64,000 nucleotides of DNA, from contig JAXLQJ010000002.1 in NCBI GenBank assembly GCA_046331705.1, forward strand, positions 78,370-142,369. The letters are read 5' to 3'. Shown here in pieces: positions 59,799-64,000 of this stretch. The position numbers were made by a program, and so were the translations under genes. The first letter of the stretch is position 1; every line of letters begins with the position of its first letter. The notes under the pieces are model-generated. The model ran no database searches. It was not told the DNA's origin and was given only the letters and a program-made list of their open reading frames with translations. This DNA is from a bacterium (GTDB lineage Bacteria; JADJOY01).

Positions 59799-61154
59799 TC
59801 ACGGCGCGTGCTGCATCGGTCCCCAATCGGGCTGCAGGTCCATGGCGCGGCCATCGGTGAGCCTCACGGGTTTCCCACCGAGAGCCGACACCAAGAACAG
59901 GCTCGACGAGCCGCCACCACCCGAGCTGTAAACGAGCGTGCGGCCGTCCGGCGACCAGCTTGGATGCTCGTCGGATCCTGGCCCGTCGCTGACCCTGCGG
60001 ACTCCGGAGCCGTCGGCATTCATCACGTAGATCCGCCACGGGCCCGGGTTCGCCTCGAACGCGATCATCTGACCGTCCGGCGAGAACCTCGGCGAACCGT
60101 GGTCCATCCCCATCGTCGAGATCTTGCGCTGGCCGGATCCGTCCGAGTTCATCAAGTAGAGCTGGGGACGCCCCGCGCGATCGGAGACGAAGACGATCTG
60201 GCTACCGTCGGGCGACCACGATGGCGAAACGTCGAGCGCGTCGCCCGAGGTGAGCTTGGTGAACCCGGACCCATCCACACCGATGATGCAAATGTTTCCG
60301 TCCTTGCTGAACGCGACGCGACGGCCGTCGGGCGAGAAGGCACCGCCCGTGTTCAGCCCTCCGCTCGCGATCAGGCTCGGGCGCCCCGTGGCCGCGTCTT
60401 GGATCCAGAGGTCCGGCTTGTAGCTTCGATACGACGTGTAAAGAATCGAGCTTCCGCTCGGCGACCAATCCGGCATCATCGCGATCTTGTCGTCGAACGT
60501 GAGGCGCGTGAGGTTGCTGCCGTCGGTGTCGATGACGAAGATGTCCTTGCGACCTGCGTGGCCGCGCGTCGATGAAAAGACGATGCGCGTTCCGAACGCG
60601 CCCATCTTGCCCGTGGTCGCCTCCAGCACACGGTTCGCGAAATCGTGGACCGCCGCTGCCAGCTGGCTGGGCGGCACTTGGTATTTCCTACCGAGGATCT
60701 GCCGCGCGTCGGGCACCTTGTGGAGCCTGAGCTCGAGCGCGTAGGCGCCGCCGCTCTGCTCGGCGGTCGCCTTGATGAGGAAATCCGCGCCGAGCGTCCG
60801 CCAAGGCGCGAAGTCGATCTCGCCGTCGACGACCGGTGCCGCCTGCGCGTCCTCCGCGTACGAGCCTTCGGGTATCCAGTGAAAGAACCCGGAAAGCTCG
60901 AGATCGCGAACCAGGAGGTCGTGCATCTTCTTGAGCTGCGGGTCGCCGGGCGAAAGCCCAGGCCCGACCTTCCATGCCGCGTGCGCAAAATGCCACGCAG
61001 CGCCGCCCTCGACGGAGACTCGCCACGGTGTCACCGCTGCATCGTCGTTCGTCGCTTGGCCAAACGCCGCGCCGGCACGGAGCGTCGCCAAGACGGCGAG
61101 CAGACCCACGACGATGCCACGCGCTCTCGCGACTCGAGGCCCAGGTCGTTTCAT
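59799..61154 (-). CDS. tolB: Tol-Pal system beta-propeller protein TolB
   Basis: Signal peptide; repeated DWSPDG/FSPDG propeller blades. Confidence 0.85.
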   Translation of the reverse strand: MKRPGPRVARARGIVVGLLAVLATLRAGAAFGQATNDDAAVTPWRVSVEGGAAWHFAHAAWKVGPGLSPGDPQLKKMHDLLVRDLELSGFFHWIPEGSYAEDAQAAPVVDGEIDFAPWRTLGADFLIKATAEQSGGAYALELRLHKVPDARQILGRKYQVPPSQLAAAVHDFANRVLEATTGKMGAFGTRIVFSSTRGHAGRKDIFVIDTDGSNLTRLTFDDKIAMMPDWSPSGSSILYTSYRSYKPDLWIQDAATGRPSLIASGGLNTGGAFSPDGRRVAFSKDGNICIIGVDGSGFTKLTSGDALDVSPSWSPDGSQIVFVSDRAGRPQLYLMNSDGSGQRKISTMGMDHGSPRFSPDGQMIAFEANPGPWRIYVMNADGSGVRRVSDGPGSDEHPSWSPDGRTLVYSSGGGGSSSLFLVSALGGKPVRLTDGRAMDLQPDWGPMQHAP

Positions 61155-62164
61155 CCTGCAGATCCCCCTTCAGCGACGAACTCGATGGCGCCCGCGAACG
61201 ACGACCGTTGCCAGCAAGCGGGCAGCGGCTCGAACGGTGCCGCCTTCTTGAGGCCCGCGATCACCGACTCGTCGAACAATCGATCTCCGCTCGACGTACC
61301 CACCGATTGGCTCACGAGCGATCCATCCTTCGCGATCTCGAGCTTGATGAGCGCGGTGAGACCGCGGCGCTGATCGGGATAGTTGACGCTGGCGCGGAGC
61401 TTCTTGATCACCTCGCTGCCGTATTGGGCCAACGCCGCCTGGCATGCATCCGCCGGCACCTTGCCGGTGCCCCCCTCGACGCCCCACGTGACGCCGGTCT
61501 CCACGCCGGCTTTCGCCGCGCGCTCCGCCATTTCCTGGATGCGCTTTTCCATCGACGCAACGTCCGATTCGCTGGGGCGTGTCGTCGTCACGTCGGCGGG
61601 CTTGCTCGGTTTGGCGGCGGAGCTCGTCTTGGCCGGCGACTCCTTCGCCGAGTCGGGCTTCTTCGACTTGTCCGCGTCCACCAGCTTCTCGGGCTTCTCC
61701 GGCTTCTTGGGCTCGGGCGGCTTCGTCTCTTTCGGCTTCTCGGCCTTGGCGTCGCGGAGTGGCTTTTCGGGCGCCTTTGGCTTCTCGGGCTCTTTGGGCT
61801 TCTCCGGCGGCTTGACCGGTTTCTCCTCGCGAATGGGGATGGCGTTCGGCGGCGGCTCGGGTGGCTTGACGGGCTTGGGTGGATCGGGGGGCGGTGTCTC
61901 CGCGGTTTTCGGCTCGGGCGGCCGTGGCGCAACGGGCGCAGAAGGCGCAGACGGCTTGCTGCCGCCGCCCTCGATCGCCGCCAGCTCCTCCGGCGAGACG
62001 AGGCTCGCGCCGATGACCGGCGGGGGCGAGAAGAAGGACGCCTCGTTACTGCGAGTGATCGCCAGCGCTGCGATGGCGGCCGCGTGCAGCACGAGCGAGA
62101 TCGCGAACGCCAGGCGAAGCCCGCGCGGGACTCGATCCTTGAGCGCGCTCGTCCGCGGGATCAC
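61151..62164 (-). CDS. tolA: TolA/TonB-family energy-transducer protein
   Basis: N-terminal TM helix, long Pro/Lys/Glu-rich spacer, C-terminal globular domain; position between tolR and tolB. Confidence 0.7.
   Translation of the reverse strand: MIPRTSALKDRVPRGLRLAFAISLVLHAAAIAALAITRSNEASFFSPPPVIGASLVSPEELAAIEGGGSKPSAPSAPVAPRPPEPKTAETPPPDPPKPVKPPEPPPNAIPIREEKPVKPPEKPKEPEKPKAPEKPLRDAKAEKPKETKPPEPKKPEKPEKLVDADKSKKPDSAKESPAKTSSAAKPSKPADVTTTRPSESDVASMEKRIQEMAERAAKAGVETGVTWGVEGGTGKVPADACQAALAQYGSEVIKKLRASVNYPDQRRGLTALIKLEIAKDGSLVSQSVGTSSGDRLFDESVIAGLKKAAPFEPLPACWQRSSFAGAIEFVAEGGSAG
61560..61930. repeat. imperfect coding repeats (PEKPK-type Pro/Lys/Glu-rich) inside the tolA-like gene
   Basis: Recurring GGCTTCTC/GGGCTT-type units on the plus strand, matching the KPPEKPKEPEKPK protein repeats. 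Confidence 0.4.
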
Positions 62165-62640
62165 TTCCGCTTCTCGCTCTTCCCCGTCGTCGCTGCCGCC
62201 GAGGCGGTCGTGGGCATGGTGACGAGCCCGACACCCGTCACGCCGGCGTCCTTGAGCGCCGACATCAGCGCGACCACCTTGCCGTAGTCGACTTTCTCGT
62301 CGCCCCGCAGAAAAACGTCCTTCTTGGGGTCGTTCTGACGAGCGGTCTGGACGAACTGCACCAGGCCATCCAGGTCTTGCGGCTTGCTGTCACGCAGCAG
62401 GAAATACGTGCCCTTGGGATCGATCGTGATCACGATCGGATCGCGCGTGTCCGTCGTCATCGGTTCCGCGGGCTTGGTCTGCGGCAGGTCGACCTTCACT
62501 CCTTGATTGATGTCCAGCATCGGCGCCGAGACCATGAAGATGATGAGCAAGACCAGCATCACGTCGACCAACGGCGTCACGTTGATCTCGGCCATCTGCG
62601 CGCGGCCTCGCGCAGGGCTACGACTGAGCTGGATCGACAT
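62161..62640 (-). CDS. tolR: biopolymer transport protein TolR/ExbD
   Basis: INVTPLVDVMLVLLIIFMV TM motif typical of ExbD/TolR; 4-nt overlap with tolA start. Confidence 0.8.
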   Translation of the reverse strand: MSIQLSRSPARGRAQMAEINVTPLVDVMLVLLIIFMVSAPMLDINQGVKVDLPQTKPAEPMTTDTRDPIVITIDPKGTYFLLRDSKPQDLDGLVQFVQTARQNDPKKDVFLRGDEKVDYGKVVALMSALKDAGVTGVGLVTMPTTASAAATTGKSEKRK

Positions 62641-62710
62641 GGTCGGTCACGCGTGACGGGCGCGCGGCGAGCGCTCGTTCGCTAGGAAGCGGGGATCCGG
62701 CGCAGAAGGT

Positions 62711-63454
62711 TCATTCGCTCGTGAGCGCGTCGCGCAACACCTGCCGCTGAGCCAGATTCAGAAACTCCGTCCGAAACCCTTCCAGCTCGCCGGCAAGGTA
62801 TCCGATCTGATTGTGAAACAGATTGTAAAAAAGCACCGCCGGGATCGCCGCTGCCAAGCCCGCCGCCGTCGCGATCAGCGCCTCGGCGATGCCCGGTGCG
62901 ACCGCCTGAACGGTGGATGCGGCACCCGCGCTGATTCCCTGGAATGCGCGGATGATGCCGAGCACCGTGCCGAAGAGACCGATGAACGGGGTGGCGCTGG
63001 CGGTGGTCGCGAGCAGCCCCAGGCCGCGCTCGAGCTTGCGCACTTGCAGGCTGATCGATGCGTCGAGCGCGCGCTCCACCGTGGTGAGACCCACCACGCG
63101 CACGGCTTCCACCAGCGATTGCTTGGCCGAAGGCCCACCGAGACTGCCGAGCGCCTTGAGCTCGCGGTAGCCCGCGCGAAACACCTCGGCCTCGAGCGCG
63201 TGCGTGAAGCGCGGCGCCTGATCGTAGATCGAGCTCAGGCTGCGCGCTTCCCAGAAGACCTTCACGAACTCGACACCCTGCGTCCGGCTCGCGCGAATCT
63301 CGCGCCACTTCCAGAGGATCACCGCCCAGCTCGCCACCGAGAACACGCACAGCATCAACATCACGAGCTTGGCGTCGAGCCCCGCGTGACGCAGCAAGCT
63401 CACGATGCTCTGGCCGGCGGCTCCGGTCGCGATCACGAAAGTCGGTGGGTGCAT
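62711..63454 (-). CDS. tolQ: proton-channel protein TolQ/ExbB (MotA/TolQ/ExbB family)
   Basis: Three TM segments with conserved C-terminal region ATPFIGLFGTVLGIIRAF. Confidence 0.85.
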   Translation of the reverse strand: MHPPTFVIATGAAGQSIVSLLRHAGLDAKLVMLMLCVFSVASWAVILWKWREIRASRTQGVEFVKVFWEARSLSSIYDQAPRFTHALEAEVFRAGYRELKALGSLGGPSAKQSLVEAVRVVGLTTVERALDASISLQVRKLERGLGLLATTASATPFIGLFGTVLGIIRAFQGISAGAASTVQAVAPGIAEALIATAAGLAAAIPAVLFYNLFHNQIGYLAGELEGFRTEFLNLAQRQVLRDALTSE

Positions 63455-63875
63455 GGAGGTTCGCTCGCCCCGCTCCGTGGCAGCACCGGATACGCGGGCG
63501 ATGAGTTCGCTGAGCGTTGGGGGATCTGCGGACCTTCTATGAATCGGCCGGGTGACGGGCCGATGGAGCCAGGGGTTCGCGCACTGGGCTGGCGAGACGG
63601 AAGACGCGACCCTCGCGGCCAGCGCCGCCCCTCGATGCGCGCAGGATGATCGAAAGGCCGGGCCGCGTCAATGCGATCCCGGCTCCACGGCGCGCCGCCG
63701 AGGCCGCGGATCGCGGGCCGGTTCCGTCGCGATCCCGCGAGCTTGCCGGGTCGCGGGGGTTGCGCCGATCCGCCGGGAACGTTCCACGGGGCCACCCTTC
63801 CGCGGCTCGACGCGCTCGGGCCACCGATCCCTCGCCGGCGGGAAATCGCAGGCACGGTTCATGACGTCGAGACGG

Positions 63876-63904
63876 TTGACGGGCACGAATCCGTGGATAA
63901 GATT
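63876..63904 (+). promoter_or_regulatory. sigma70-like promoter candidate TTGACG-N16-TAAGAT
   Basis: Read directly; immediately upstream of the CIRCE-like inverted repeat, as at groE-type promoters. Confidence 0.3.
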
Positions 63905-63905
63905 C

Positions 63906-63932
63906 CTGGCACTCACCGATTCGGAGTGCTAA
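63906..63932 (+). promoter_or_regulatory. CIRCE-like inverted repeat CTGGCACTC-N9-GAGTGCTAA (HrcA operator-like)
   Basis: Perfect GCACTC/GAGTGC arms with 9-nt spacer; right arm identical to the CIRCE consensus half GAGTGCTAA; left arm differs at two flanking positions. Confidence 0.5.
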
Positions 63933-64000
63933 CAGGGGTTCGTTTGCGACCCGGCGGGTGCGCCGGCGCGTGGGCGTCCATCCGTTCCGCGCCAGCTCGC

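Overview
Gene-dense, very G+C-rich chromosomal segment (roughly 70% by eye; third codon positions are G/C-dominated in real genes). Many long antisense ORFs in the six-frame track are shadow ORFs, and I trimmed several starts. Gene content (Tol-Pal cluster, PBP1A, HrcA-GrpE-Hsp70-DnaJ, MltD, GGDEF sensor, PQQ propeller) points to a Gram-negative, possibly myxobacterium-like organism; that is inference only. The left third holds the most interesting architecture: a minus-strand cluster of four tandem CrtI-family flavoprotein paralogs, divergent from a seven-gene beta-oxidation operon whose content matches the mycobacterial igr cholesterol side-chain module, with two KstR-type palindromes in the AT-richer region between them. 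Further sterol-type enzymes lie nearby (sterol desaturase family, a 3beta-HSD-like extended SDR coupled to a steroid 5-alpha-reductase-family protein). The right half is mostly housekeeping, with a missed 29-codon bS22-like ORF and a CIRCE-like element at the window end. I recognised no rRNA, tRNA, CRISPR array, transposase or integrase.
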